Positions 13,476 to 27,222 of a stretch of 64,000 nt of DNA are shown in pieces; the first letter of the stretch is position 1, and each line of letters starts with the position of its first letter. Location: positions 30,070,001 to 30,134,000 of the forward strand of contig OX597834.1 of the NCBI GenBank assembly GCA_951406725.2. Direction: 5' to 3'. The translations under genes and the position numbers were made by a program. This stretch comes from Octopus vulgaris. Its lineage: Eukaryota. The notes beneath the pieces are model-generated. The model was not told where the DNA came from, did not search any database, and worked only from the letters and a program-made list of their open reading frames with translations.

Positions 13476-14074
13476 GAAGTAGCATTTTCAAACATATTTA
13501 CACATGAATTAATATCTCACCAATGACATGGAATATAGCCGCCTGTATTACTATCACATGCAGTCATGAGATCAGATAGCAAGGTGGGGGTGGAAATTTA
13601 AGTTGACATAGTTAAACTCAGCACTACTAAGAACATTTTACAATCTGCAGTTCTGTATCACAGTCCCGCGATGTGATGCAACTCAGTGACAAAAGTACCC
13701 AGTTTGCACTCAACAACACTAAAACCATGTTCTGGCTTGAATATTGTTATTTTAGGGTAGCATTAAGAATTTATTTGCTTTCATTTTATTTAATTCTTTT
13801 TTATATTTTATTCAATTTTTTTTTATTTATTTGATTCTTATTTTGATCTTTTATTTATTTGATTGTTAACTTTTATTTTATATTTATCTTATTATTTATT
13901 TTATTTTATTTCATTCTTCAAAACCAATTGGCCATCTGTTTTAAATCTTAATTGGAGACAAGCCAATGAGGAGGGAAGCCTCTGTATTGTCACTCATCCC
14001 ACTAAAATCTGCAGCTAAATATCCCTTACTTAGTCTAATGTCTCTTCAATTTATATGTGTGTGTGTATGTATGA

Positions 14075-14105
<31 letters not shown>

Positions 14106-14604
14106 TATATATATACATATATATATAGAAAAACATATTGGATTTATTAGGCAGTAAATTTGGCAGAGGATGAATGAGCTGTGTTCAAATATGTGTACAA
14201 GTATGTGCATGTATATGTGTGTATGTATGCATGTTTGTATTTGTGTGTGTGTGTGTGTGTGTGTGCATGTGTTAGTGTGTGTGTGTGTGTTAGTAACAAA
14301 CTAGAAGCATAAGTACTCAACACTGGGAAGATGGATAAATAATCCCTTTTAGTAGAAGTTTTGCTTATCTTTCTGGAACCTATGGTTTCATGCTGTAGGA
14401 AATTAGTATTTATTCCATCAGATCTCAAGTCGCAAATATTACATAACTATTGCAGTTGATGTGAATGAGCTACAACAATGGAGTACCATTTATTATTTGA
14501 ATTCTTGCTGAATAAATACAGTTTTTCATTGGCATGAAATTTTAAGTTCCAGAAAGATAAGAAAAATTCTATTAAAAATTCTATCTGTCTGTCTGTCTGT
14601 CTGG

Positions 14605-14648
<44 letters not shown>

Positions 14649-14928
14649 CATCATCATCATCATCATTGTTTAACATCTGTTTTCCATGCTGGAACGGGTT
14701 GGACGGTTCGACCAGGGTCTGGGAAGCCAAGAGGCTGCACTAGGCTCCAATCTGATCTGGCAGTGTTTCTACAGCTGGATGCCCTTCCTAACGCCAACCA
14801 CTCCGTGAGTGTAGTGGGTGCCTTTTACGTGCCACCGGCACAGGTGTCAGGGGAGGCTGGCAACGGAAGCTGGCAACGGCCACTATCAGTTGGTGCATAT
14901 ATATACATATACACCTATCTATCTATCA

Positions 14929-14973
<45 letters not shown>

Positions 14974-15544
14974 CCTATTTGTCTGCCTGTCTGTCTATCT
15001 ACCTCCCTCCTTTCTTCTCGTTGACTATTTCTCTTTCTAAGCTTTTCTTTTCTCTTCTGATGAAAGACTAATGTGCAAAACAGCAGAGACTCGTTCTCTT
15101 CCCATTGAAGTGTTATGCTAATACCACATTCGTTCAACATTGTCCTCTCATTGTCCTTTCATCGTTTCGGGGGTCAACATAATCAACGAATTACACACCG
15201 GTTTCGATGTAATTGACTTGTCCCCTCCCACAAAGTTTCAGGCCTTGTGTCTATAGTAGAAAGGATTACAGTTAATGCGCTCTGGGTATTGAAAGTGTGT
15301 GGTTTAATGATTAGGCCACTGGGTGTCTGATCATTTGAATGTGGGTTCAATTCCTGCATCCGGTGGCATGCCATCTCCTTCAGCAAGCCTCTTCACTTCA
15401 TGCTGTTGCTGCAGCTGCTCCAGTATGCTCAGTTGAAAACGAGCAGCTACTGAGTGCATCCTCACATCTCTCTCTCTCTCTTTCTCTCTGTCTTTTTTTT
15501 TCTCTCTCTCTATCACTCTACTCTTGCAAGGGTGGAAAAATACA

Positions 15545-16005
15545 TGACGACGATGATGAATAACAAGAGGAAAATGATGTTAACAACAATGAGGATGATG
15601 TTGATGATGATGATGAAGATGGTGGTGAGGAAGGTGATTGTGATGATGATGATGAGGAGAATGAAGAGCAAGAGGAAGAGCAGGATGATGATGATGATGA
15701 TGATATTGACAATGCTGTTGCTACTGCTGCTGCTGTTGATGATGATGATGAATAACAAGAAGAGGAAGAAGATGTTAACGACAACGATGATGATATTGAT
15801 GATGATGATAAAGATGGTGATGAGGAATGTGATTGTGATGATGAGGAGGAGGAGCAGGAGCAGGATGATGATACTGCTGCTGCTGACAATGCTGTTGCTA
15901 CTGCTGCTGCTGTTAATGATGATGATGATGATGATAAGATAATGATAAAGAAGATGAGGATGTTTCTGATCATAATGAGGAGGAATAGGAAGATGATGAT
16001 GATGA
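15545..16005. repeat. (GAT)n-rich low-complexity tract with a ~190-bp tandem duplication
   Basis: gatgatgaataacaaga...gacaatgctgttgctactgctgctgctgtt occurs twice. Confidence 0.85.
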
Positions 16006-17596
16006 CATATCAACCATTATTTCTGTGGATCAAATCTAAGAAACAGACAAACCAAAGTAAATCTCAATGGATCCAAATCTAGTTGTTGTGTTTGTTTGTT
16101 TCTGTCCTTCATTAAAATAAATGCTTAAAGTGGCTTCAAGCTGGAATGACAACAAATTCTAACGATGCCAGTGCAGTTTAATTAACAGCATTTCAATCGC
16201 TCAAGGTTAAACGAGACCAGTTTTAGACCTCTGACTTCCACCAAAACACAGTTTTGATTCTGATGGTTGGTTCTGGGGAATAATTAACAATAAAAAGGTG
16301 AAGCACTTTAAAAGTTGACAAAAATAGAAAAAATGGAAATAGAAAAGAAATGAAAGAAAAAGATTTGGCAGTAAAAGAAGAGAAAAAAAACACAAGGAAA
16401 CTAAAGAAATTAAAAGTGTCTTCCTGAGGTCAAAGTCTAAGGATTATTCTTTTTTCTTTTCTAAATCATCATCATCACCACTACCATCGACACCCCCCCA
16501 CCACCACCATCATCATCACCACCACCACAACCATCACCATGACCACCATCATCACTACCTCCAGCAACATCACCATCCTCCCATTCTCATCATCAACAAC
16601 ATTTTCATCATCTTCCTTCCGTCTTCCTCCTCCTCCTCCTCCTCCTCATCATCATCATCACGACCTACATCCTCCATCTCCTCCTCCTTTGCATCATCCT
16701 AATCATCATCAACATCATTCTCATCTTCATCATCGTCCCTTTTTATCACCATCATAATTATTATTGTTATTGTACATATAAAGAAATCATTATTTGTATC
16801 ATATACAAACGTGTGTGTGTGTGCATGCGTCTGTGTGTGTGTGTGTGTGTGCATGCATGTGTGTGCGTGTGTGTGTGTTGCTGGTAAATTATTTTCGTTT
16901 CTAGTATCAAAGTCGCTCCCTATCCATTCACCCTGATTCCTCCCTCTTGACACATTCACAAGTGTTATTCACTTCACATACAAGTACCGCAGCAAACATT
17001 GCCAAATGTAAATACACCGTCTCTTCCTTTCCTTCTCCATCTGCCTCTCTCTCTCCCCTCTCTCTTCGTCTCTCTCTCTCTCTCTCTTCATTTCTCTCTC
17101 CTCTTCTCTATTCGCAGAGGGTCTGTCATAGAATATCCTGGTGTTTCCTTTCACCAGACAATCAGAAATTTGACACTGCACTTTGCAGTGCATACTTACA
17201 GTACACATACACACACACATGCAAACACACACACACACACATATGTATGTATGTATATGTAGATGTATAAATTAACTCTGTTGCTTATATAGACACAATG
17301 TGTTGTGTGTAAATGTGTATACACATAATACAGTGTTGTGCATGTGTGTGTGTGTATGCACACATAAATATACATTCACACAGACATATATGCACATATA
17401 CACATACAATATATATAAAAACATCCATAAACATATATATATATATATATATCACAATCAAGGAACGGCCATAATAGGCCATTCACCCACTAGAAATAAC
17501 AGCCAAAAGCTTTAACCGCAAAATAACATTAATACCGTAAACCAGGAGAAAATTGAAAAAGAATTCTACAAAATTTTTTTGCCACCCTATATTGAT

Positions 17597-17653
<57 letters not shown>

Positions 17654-17655
<2 letters not shown>

Positions 17656-18535
17656 GCAAAGTTCAGAGAGCTCCTACCTCTGCTGGTGATGAAGAACCTT
17701 GCGATCAGAGTAAAAGATAAACTGTATGACATATGTGTACAAACAGCCATGCTACATGGCAGTGAAACATGGGCTGCGACTGCTGAGGACATGTGTAAGC
17801 TCACCAGGAATGAAACCAGTATGCTCCGATGGACGTGTAATGTCATTGCGCATACTCGACAGAGTGTAAGTACCTTGAGAGAAAAGCTGGACCTAAGGAG
17901 CATCAGATGTGGTGTGCAAGAGAGATGACTGCGCTGGTGTGGTCATATGGTGCAATTGGATGAGGATAGCTGTGTGAAAAAGTGTCACGCCCAAGCGGTT
18001 GAGAGAAACTGTGGAAGAGGTAGACCCAGGAAGACATGGGATGAAGTGGTGAAGCACAACCTTCGAACATTAGGCCTCACCAAAGCAATGACTAGTGACC
18101 AAGACCTTTGGAAATATGCTGTGCTTGAGAAGACCTGGCAAGCCAAGTGAGACCATAAACTATGGCCTATGCCAGTGGTGTAACCAACCCACTTAGGTGT
18201 ACCTTTCTTTCATTGGACACTAAACTCTGCTTGTGAAGACCTGTTGAGGCAAGTGAAATCGAAATCAAATTCGATGACTGCATTGCATAACTGGCATCCA
18301 TGCTAGTGGATTTCTAAGAGCACCATCCGAGCATGATCGTTGCCAGGGCCACCGATTGAACCCCATGTCGGTGGCATGTAAAAAGCACCATTCAATCGTG
18401 ATCGTTACCAGCGTTACCTTACTGGCACTTGTGCCGGTGGTACATGAAAAACAACATTCATGCGAGGGCATTGCCTGTGCCACTGGACTGGCTCCTGTGC
18501 AGGTGACATGTAAAAGCACCATTTGAGCATGTCGA
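17654..18535 (+). mobile_element. RTE-clade LINE 3' fragment; related pieces at 39220-39740 and 47330-47700
   Basis: AMLHGSETWA...LRWCGHMV...RGRPRKTWDEVV, typical RTE ORF C-terminus, with stops. Confidence 0.85.
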
Positions 18536-18539
18536 ATGT

Positions 18540-18950
18540 AGCCCATCTTTTATAGCAAGACACCCATAAAATTATCAACCATCTTACAAACAATAACTCT
18601 GAGCACCTTTTCAAACTCCACCCGTCTAACACCCGTGGGCTTGTTTACAAAGTCAGAAAACAGCACAGCTCCCATGACTTTAGGAAACATTTTTTCACGC
18701 TGAGAGTTGCTGAAGCATAGAACAAACTGTCGGCATCAGTTGTTAGTTGTTGGAGCACTGCATCCTTCAAAACTTCCATGCTTTCTGAGATTCGCCAACA
18801 CTACACCTGATTTCCTCCCCTCCATACACACACAAGCATACATTGTTCGCTTTCCAGACATTTGTATATTACTGCGTATACTTTATACACACTTTCTATC
18901 AAGTTGTGGTGCACCTGAGCACTGTATACAATAATTTCATTATTCATTAT
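18540..18950 (+). mobile_element. CR1/L2-like LINE 3' fragment
   Basis: FKLHPSNTRG..YKVRKQHSSHDFRKHFFTLRVAEA*NKL resembles the TRGH...FF..RV...WN.LP tail. Confidence 0.6.
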
Positions 18951-19266
18951 TATTAAAACAATGTATTATTATTGGTAAGGCAGCAAACTGGCAAAATTAT
19001 TCGCATGCTGAGCAAAATGCTTAGCGGCATTTCACCCGTTGCTACGTTCTGAGATCAAATTCCAGAATTGTTAGCACACCAGGCAAAAAGCTTAGCAGCA
19101 TTTCATCATTCTTTATAGTTCTGAGTTCAAATTCTGCCAAGGCCAACTTTACCTTTTATCCTTTCAGGGGTCAATAAAATAAGTACCAGTTGAATACTGG
19201 GGCTGATGTAATCAATTATCCTCCTCCCACCAAATTTCAGGCCTTGTGCCTTTAGAAGAAAAGATG

Positions 19267-19310
<44 letters not shown>

Positions 19311-19389
19311 GAATACTAAATCATTGCTTGTTACCAGCATGTGTGAGTTATTAATTTTGACATATATGGATAGAAATAGAACTAGAAGC

Positions 19390-19441
<52 letters not shown>

Positions 19442-19596
19442 AAAAGAGGGGGAGAGTGAGAGATTTGAACTTAAATTTTCTCAATATGTCATTATGTGAA
19501 AAAAGAAAAACCAAAAAAGGCAATAAATGGTCAAAAAAAGTAAATGAAAATTCAACTGATTGGTACCATTTGTAGTTATGAGATGTACTTTAATGA

Positions 19597-19629
<33 letters not shown>

Positions 19630-20306
19630 AATAATGATAATAATAATGATAATGATAATATTGATAATGGCGTTGCTTTCTTTAAAGTGATGCCATGTGA
19701 TGGAGGTAAATTGCTTATCCTTGTAACAGAGTTAACGAGAAAGGTAGTGGTGACAGTGATAGTAGTTGTAGTGGTGGTGGTGGCATGATGGTAGTTGGTG
19801 GTTCTGTCAGGATTGGTGATGGTGGTGGTAGTAGGTGTTGTTGTCGGGGGTGGTGGTAGCAGTAGCAGTGATGGTCATGGCAGGTGTGGTAGTGGTAAAA
19901 GAGACCCTCAAAAAAAGAAGCAGGGACCTATTAGTTTTGGGTTGTGTAGGGTTCGTGTAGGGTACATGTGGTGACCAATGAGATTCTTTTTCCACATTCT
20001 TTTCCACTAATTTTATTTCTTGGATGGCAGCCAAGCTGGAGCACTGCCTATATTGACTTTGCTAGTCATTATTTCTTTCTGAAATTTACTTTATCAATTA
20101 CTGTTTATCGAATCTCTAAGTTATAGCTTAAAAACCTTTAAGAACACATCTTGATACTGGTTTACTCTAGCAAACATAAACACATTCATGGACACACACA
20201 CACACACACATGTGTATAGCAGAGGATTTATACAGTTTCTGTCTACCAAATTTATTCACAAGAGTTGCCTCAAAACTGTCATGGCATACAACAGAATGAA
20301 TGTACA

Positions 20307-20790
20307 TAAGTATGTATGTATGTATGTATGTGTGTGTATGTATGTATGTATGTGTGTATGTATGTACGTATGTATGTATGTGTGTATGTATGTATGTATG
20401 TATGTATGTATGTATGTATGTATGTATGTATGTATGTATGTATGTATGTATGTATGTATGTATGTATGTATGTGTGTATGTATGTGTGTATGTATGTATG
20501 TATGCATGTGTGTATGTATGTGTGTATGTATGTATGTATGTATGTATGTATGTATGTATGTATGTGTGTATGTATGTATGTGTGTATGTATGTATGTATG
20601 TACGTATGTATGTATGTGTGTATGTATGTATGTATGTACGTATGTATGTATGTGTGTATGTATGTATGTATGTATGTATGTATGTGTGTATGTATGTGTG
20701 TATGTATGTATGTGTGTATGTATGCATGTGTGTATGTATGTATGCATGTATGTATGTATGTATGTATGCATGCATGCATGTATGTATGTG
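20307..20790. repeat. (TATG)n microsatellite, ~480 bp
   Basis: Direct inspection; source of many spurious ORFs. Confidence 0.97.
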
Positions 20791-21082
20791 TATATACACA
20801 CACACACACACACACTCACATGCACATATTTATATACTCATGCATGGACGTATATCAATGTCATGTTGTTAGTGTTGTTATTGTTTACACTTCTGTGTTG
20901 GTAGTCCCTGTGCTGCAGAAGCATTGTAGACTTGTACAGAAACTTGTTTTAGCAGTGATTTCCCTGTTACATAATGTAACATAACAAGATTTCAGCATTT
21001 CTGTAATGCAGGGTATGTGTTTTACGTAAGTATGTAAATGTATGTATAAAAATATAAATACATACATACACATAAGTTTCCA

Positions 21083-21089
<7 letters not shown>

Positions 21090-21167
<78 letters not shown>

Positions 21168-21189
21168 ATATACATATACATATATATAC

Positions 21190-21226
<37 letters not shown>

Positions 21227-21251
21227 CATATATATATACATATATATATAC

Positions 21252-21282
<31 letters not shown>

Positions 21283-21324
21283 CATATATATACATATATA
21301 TACATATATATATATACATATATA

Positions 21325-21404
<80 letters not shown>
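21090..21404. repeat. (TA)n / TACA compound microsatellite
   Basis: Direct inspection. Confidence 0.97.
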
Positions 21405-21405
<1 letters not shown>

Positions 21406-21555
21406 GGAAACTTTTTTTTTTGCTGCCCACTATAACATGACTGTTTCATAAAGAGCTACGTTACTACATTTTAACCCCAGGAAAATGTCTTTTCCAGCTG
21501 GTTAACTATACACACCCTGTGTCCAGTATATATATACTACTTATATCTTGTTTAG

Positions 21556-21659
21556 AGATTTTAGAACTAGCTGTTTTGCTCATTACAAGATCAGCAGCTG
21601 TTTGCCACTTCTCTGTTTATATAATACAAGTAGGGGTAATCGACTGCTATCTTTATCAG
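21556..21659 (+). CDS. Candidate upstream exon of the CCP gene (uncertain)
   Basis: tttag| ... cag|gtaggt, open as phase 2-1. Frame-compatible with ATG 21006 / donor at 21026 and with exon 25495. No domain support. Confidence 0.25.
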
Positions 21660-21760
21660 GTAGGTGTCCAGTACTGATGAAGGGCAAAGACCCAGAAACC
21701 ATGGTCACTGGTCTTGCCATGCTGAAAGGGAGTAATTCACTTCGTTACTCACAATATATA

Positions 21761-21995
21761 TATTTCTTTACTACCCACAAGGGGCTAAACACAGAGGAGA
21801 CAAACAAGGACGGACAAAGGGATTAAGTCAATTACATCGATCCCAGTGCGTAACTGGTACTTAATTTATCGACCCCGAAAGGATGAAAGGCAAAGTCGAC
21901 CTTGGCGGAATTTGAACTCGGAACGTAACGGCAGACGAAATACGGCAACGCATTTCGCCCGGTGTGCTAACGTTTCTGCCAGCTCGCCGCCTTCT
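21761..21995 (-). mobile_element. Full-length ~235-bp tRNA-derived SINE with TSD; others at 47725-47956 and tandem at 59396-59812
   Basis: A box agctggcagaaacgtt, B box gagttcaaattcc; TSD ttactcacaatatata here and attaacccctaatacc at the 47725 copy. Confidence 0.85.
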
Positions 21996-22961
21996 TTACT
22001 CACAATATATAGCCTTGTGGACAGCCTTGTGCATGGACAGCTCATCAGACTCCATAGAGTCTGATTGGCTGTCCACAAGGCTGTAGCTTTTGTGACCAAT
22101 GAAACCATTGGTCACTTGATGACCAGACTTTAAATTTTTGTTTTTATATTTTATTGCTCTATTCTTTAGTGTGAGTCTTTCTGATATATCAACAATCAAT
22201 ATACACACGCACACACACACATGCATATATATGTATATATACACACACACACGCATATATATATGTATGCATGTGTGTATATACATATACACACACACAT
22301 ACACACATGCATATATATGTATATATACACACATACACGCATATATATATGTATGCATGTGTGTATATACATATACACACACATATACACACATGCATAT
22401 ATATGTATATATATACACACACACGCATATATATATGTATGCATGTGTATATACATATACACACACATAGATATATATATATATATATATAGATATGTGT
22501 GCCTGTGTGCGTGCCTCTGTGTGTGTGTGTGTGTGTGTGTGTGCCTGCATATGTGCCTGCATGTGTGTGTGTGTGCCTTTGTCCGTATGTGGATGTGCTT
22601 GTGCATGCTTGTGTGATTTAGGCAGAATCCTTCTTCCAATGAAAGTTGAAAGGAGAGAGATAAAAGACAGAGAGAGAGAGTGAGAGAGAGAGAGAGTGAG
22701 AGAGAGAGAGAGAGTGAGAGAGAGAGAGAGAGTGAGAGAGAGAGAGCAGAGTTTTACCTCCTCCAAGTTAGGTAAACATGTTGCACCAGACAAGGAATGC
22801 AGGACCATTTGAGCTCCATACAGGAACGAGAAGTGGTCGGAGACACTGAGTGAGGAGGAAGAAGCAAAGAATAATAGGATGAGGAAGAGAAACAGGCAAA
22901 GTTGAGGATGAGGGGGAAAAGATGAGATGAGAGAGGAGTTGAAGGATAAGAAATGATCTAA

Positions 22962-23659
22962 CCCTTTAGTGTTCGCACTATTCTACCAAAATTAATGCTT
23001 TTTCATCCACTTTGTTTTGAGCTAATCATGCATCATCTTGTAGCTTTGAGATTTTGATGAAGTTGCTGTTAATTTTTAAAACGATATTGTAGGGTTGGTG
23101 TGAGAGACCAGATCTGGCCAGTTTGAACATAAAACAAGCAGAATACTTTTGGCCGGATATGGCCGGTTTAAATGCTAATGGGTTAATGTATTATGAGGAA
23201 AACGTGTTAGAATAGAAGGCAAAACCTTCATTTACGCCTTCAGAGCTCAGGTTTCTCTGTCAAATGTGATGCTTATTTATTCAGTTTGTTTTGAATGAAT
23301 CAGGAATTGTCTCATAACGTCTAGATTCCAATGATGTGATTGCTTATCTATAGAATGACATTGTAGGGTAGGTGTGAGAGGCTGGATCTGATCACTTTGA
23401 ACATAAAACAAGTAGAATATTTGAGCTGAAAAGAGTTAACCCTTTAGTTATTTAAACCGGCCATATCCGGCCAAAATAGCTAGTCTGTTTTATGTTCAAA
23501 CTGACCAGATCCAGGCTCTCACACCTACCCTACAATGTTATTCTACACTAAGTAATTACACCATCAAGATCTTGAAGATATGAGATAATGCATGATTAAT
23601 TCAAATCAATGGGAATCAATAGGCATTATGTTTGATGGAATAATCTGAACACTAAAGGG
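22962..23659. mobile_element. Cluster of three TTAA-type MITEs of a second family (others near 34058-34280, 39832-40032, 53367-53737)
   Basis: Termini ccctttag.../...ctaaaggg next to ttaa; the third copy (23440-23659) is inverted relative to the first two. Confidence 0.75.
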
Positions 23660-24952
23660 TTAAAGCTGTCAGTTACATGCCTCGCAGTTTGAATGTGAAA
23701 CATTGTTTCTTTCAATTCTTTGAGAATAAGGATCCACAGCATACATATAACTATGTTTTGAAAATGCCCCTGTAAGGGATCACTTTAGCCCTTTTGCTAC
23801 CATATTCATGCTGACATGCACTGCCTTTATATCAATTGATTTTGAAAAATAATGAAGAATTTAGTAAAATATTCAAAACAAATTAACATGAAATTTTGAT
23901 GGAAGGTTTTAATTGAGATCATGTCGAGTCTTTCGTTAGCATATTTCTGTTGAAAACAATAAAGAATTTAGTAAAATAATTTTCATTATTAAGCTGCTGT
24001 TTGGAAAATAGATTAACATAGAATTTAGATGAAAGTTTTAATTTAAATCACATTAATATAGGAAGTTTGTATAATAGAACCAAGGGCAGTCTCCAGTGAC
24101 AAAAGAGTTAAATTTAAAAAAGATTAAAAATGAGAGTCACTACATCATAGGTGTAGCTGTGATGTATGAAGCTTGCTTCCTAACTACATGGTTCCAGGTT
24201 CAGTCCTACTGTGTGACACCTTGGGCAAGTGTCTTCTATAGCCTCAGTCCAACCAGAGCCTTATGAATGGATTTGATAGACGGAAACTGGAAGAAGCCCA
24301 TCATATATCTATATATATATATATATATATTTATATAGCTTTGTGTGTGTCTATGTTTGTTCCCCATCACCACTTGGCAACTGGTGTTGGTGTGTTTACA
24401 TCCCTGTGACTTAGTAGTTTGGCAAAAGAGATCAATAGAATAAGTACCAGGTTTCGCAAATCAATTATGTCCTGGGGGTCGATTCATTTGACTAAAATTC
24501 TTCAAGGCAGTGCCCCAGCATGGCCACTGTCCAATGACTGAAACAAGTAAAAGATAAAGCCATTCGCCCTGCTAGAAATAGCAGCTAAATCTCTGCCATC
24601 TTAAAGAAGATAGAATATCTCAGATAATGCAGTATCTTGAGAAATTAGGTTTCTCAAAACCAGAAAGCAATTGATTCAAAGACTACAGATCAAATCCCTC
24701 ACTAGAACTGTAAAAGTCTGTGAAACTTTCCAGAAGTTTATCATTTAAATATATATGAGCATGTCTAGACATGCAACTATATGCATGAAAATGCATACAT
24801 AAAACATACAAATCTGCACATACATACATACATACATGAAGTACAACCAAAACCTTTCAAGGCAGTACTCCAGTATGGCCACAGTCTAATGACTGAAACA
24901 AGTGAAAGATAAGATTAAGGCTACATACATATATATATTATAGAATTTTTTT

Positions 24953-25335
24953 GGAAGCACTCCATCGGTTACGACAACGAGGTTCCGGTTGATCCGATCA
25001 ACGTAACAGCCTGCTCGTGAAATTAACGTGTAAGTGGCTGAGCACTCCACAGACACGTGTACCCTTAACGTAGTTCTCGGGGATATTCAGTGTGACACAG
25101 AGAGTGACAAGGCCTGTCCTTTGAAATACAGGTACAACAGAAACAGGAAGTAAGAGTGAGAGAAAGTTGTGGTGAAAGAGTACAGCAGGGATCACCACCA
25201 TCCCCTGCCGGAGCCTCATGGAGCTTTTAGGTGTTTTCGTTCAATAAACACTCACAACGCCCGGTCTGGGAATCGAAACTGCGATCCTACGACTGCGAGT
25301 CTGCTGCCCGAACCACTGGGCCATTGCGCCTCCAC
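24953..25335 (-). mobile_element. Young ~385-bp tRNA-derived SINE
   Basis: Near-identical to copies at 26837-27222, 31474-31859 and 34854-35240. Confidence 0.88.
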
Positions 25336-25494
25336 ATTGTAGCATTACTCGTTATGTGACAATTAACATTGTAGTTAATTCATAATATCACTGGTTACAG
25401 TCACTGAGTTGTGGTGGCCATGCTGGGAGGCAGGGTAAACATCATCTATTAATTATTTACACATTTCATTTTATTTTTCTCTTATTTCCTTCAG

Positions 25495-25698
25495 CTGCTA
25501 ACATTAGGCGTTCATTTTGTCCTTCCCCTCCAAAAGTTGACAATACCATCCCGCTAACCGTGCAGAGAGTTCCAGTCGGAGGATACGTCAACTACACATG
25601 TAAAGATAACTTCTATGCATTCGGAATTACAACAGCCATGTGTATCATCAAGAACCACCAAAGAACACGTTGGATTGGTCCGGACATGATATGCGAAA
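25495..25698 (+). CDS. Sushi/CCP-repeat protein (LEV-9/Hasp-like), CCP exon 1 (module 1)
   Basis: Pyrimidine tract + cag| acceptor, |gtaagt donor, phase 1-1, 204 nt. ANIRRSFCPSPPKVDNTIPLTVQRVPVGGYVNYTCKDNFYAFGITTAMCIIKNHQRTRWIGPDMICE has the 4 Cys + Trp CCP pattern. Confidence 0.93.
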
Positions 25699-26255
25699 GT
25701 AAGTGGGTGCCTCTTGTTTCTTCTTCATTCCACACCATCTCCATCTTCCTCATCATCATCATCGTCAACATTTTAGCATCTGTCTCTCCCTGATGCTTCA
25801 TCAGATCCATTTAATCCCACCTACCCTTATATAATGCTGAGTAGCCGTGTATTTCCTCGACAGCAAGACACCTGATCCTGTCCCTCTATCATGTGAAGGT
25901 GCATGGCTTAGTGGTGAGGGTGTTGCACACCTGATCAGAAGATTGTGGTTTCAATTCCTGGACAGGGTGATGCAATGTGCTCTTGAGCAAAACACTTCAT
26001 TTCTTGTTGCTCCAGGCCACTCAGCTGACAAGAATGAGTAATCATGCAATGGACTGGCATCCCATCCAGGTGGGGGGAAGATATATGTACCTTGGAAACT
26101 AGGAAATCATGTGACATCAACACTCGGTTACAACACACACACACACACAAATATTTCCTTCCCCTATTTTTGTTGTTTGTTTGATTATCACTTGTTTGTT
26201 TTTAGTTTATGTTTCATGTTGTTCCATATATTTCTGTCTTTTGTTTCCAATCCAG

Positions 26256-26432
26256 AAATGTGTGGTAAACCACCCGACTCACCCAGAGCTTACCCCGTCA
26301 ACTCTACTAAAGACCGTTACCCTCCATATATGGTCATAGAATACCGTTGTAAATATGGTCGACTGACCCTTGGGAGTGCTACGACCGTGTGTCGCAATGG
26401 TAAATGGAAAGCAGCCAGCTTCTTCTGCATGA
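26256..26432 (+). CDS. CCP exon 2 (module 2)
   Basis: ccag| ... |gtaagt, phase 1-1, 177 nt. MCGKPPDSPRAYPVNSTKDRYPPYMVIEYRCKYGRLTLGSATTVCRNGKWKAASFFCM. Confidence 0.93.
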
Positions 26433-26836
26433 GTAAGTTAACATTTTGTATTCCTCCATTGCTGTTATTGTTTTGTTGTTATTTAGCCCCGAGTCAATCA
26501 TGATCCAGGGGCGGGATCAGTGGGGTACTTTTATGTACCACTGGCATGGGTGCCATTTGTGTGACACCAGTATCTGCCATGATTGTGATTTTATATGTGT
26601 GCATGTATATATGTGTATGTATGTATTTTTGTAAACACACGCACACACATATATAAATTCCATTTGAGTTTTTTAACCCTGGAGTTTACATTATAAAGCT
26701 TGTCCCATGGGTATTGGCTATAAGATACAACTAGATTCATTCATAGACTTGAAGAGTCGACATTTTCCAGTGATGCTGGAATAATATTGATCTCATGATT
26801 TATATCAGAATATTCCAGCTATAATTCTTCTGATGA

Positions 26837-27222
26837 AAGCACTCCGTCGGTTACGACGACGAGGGTTCCAGTTGAATCGAATCAACGGAACAGCCTGCTC
26901 ATGAAATTAACATGTAAGTGGCTGAGCACTCCACAGACATGTGTACCCTTAACGTAGTTCTCGGGGATATTCAGCGTGACACAGAGAGTGACAAGGCCGG
27001 CCCTTTTGAAATACAGGTACAACAGAAAACAGGAAGTAAGAGTGAGAGAAAGTTTGTGGTGAAAGAGTACAGTAGGGATCACCACCATCCCCTGCCGGAG
27101 CCTCGTGGAGCTTTTAGGTGTTTTCGCTCAATAAACACTCACAACGCCCGGTCTGGGAATCGAAACCGCGATCCTATGACCGCGAGTCCGCTGCCCTAAC
27201 CACTGGGCCATTGCGCCTCCAC
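26837..27222 (-). mobile_element. Young ~385-bp tRNA-derived SINE
   Basis: Same family, intact A/B boxes on the minus strand. Confidence 0.88.

Noticed and set aside
15454-16013. Poly-Met/Ile/Ser ORFs and an acidic-looking frame
   Set aside because: (GAT)n low complexity; the acidic frame has stops and no splice signals. The same applies to 56167-56569.
20167-21451. Long ORFs of 120-240 aa ([12 protein letters not shown] repeats), and similar ones at ~400-790, 22000-22800, 32450-33030, 51880-52570
   Set aside because: Translations of (TATG)n, (TA)n and (CA)n microsatellites, open in several frames at once.
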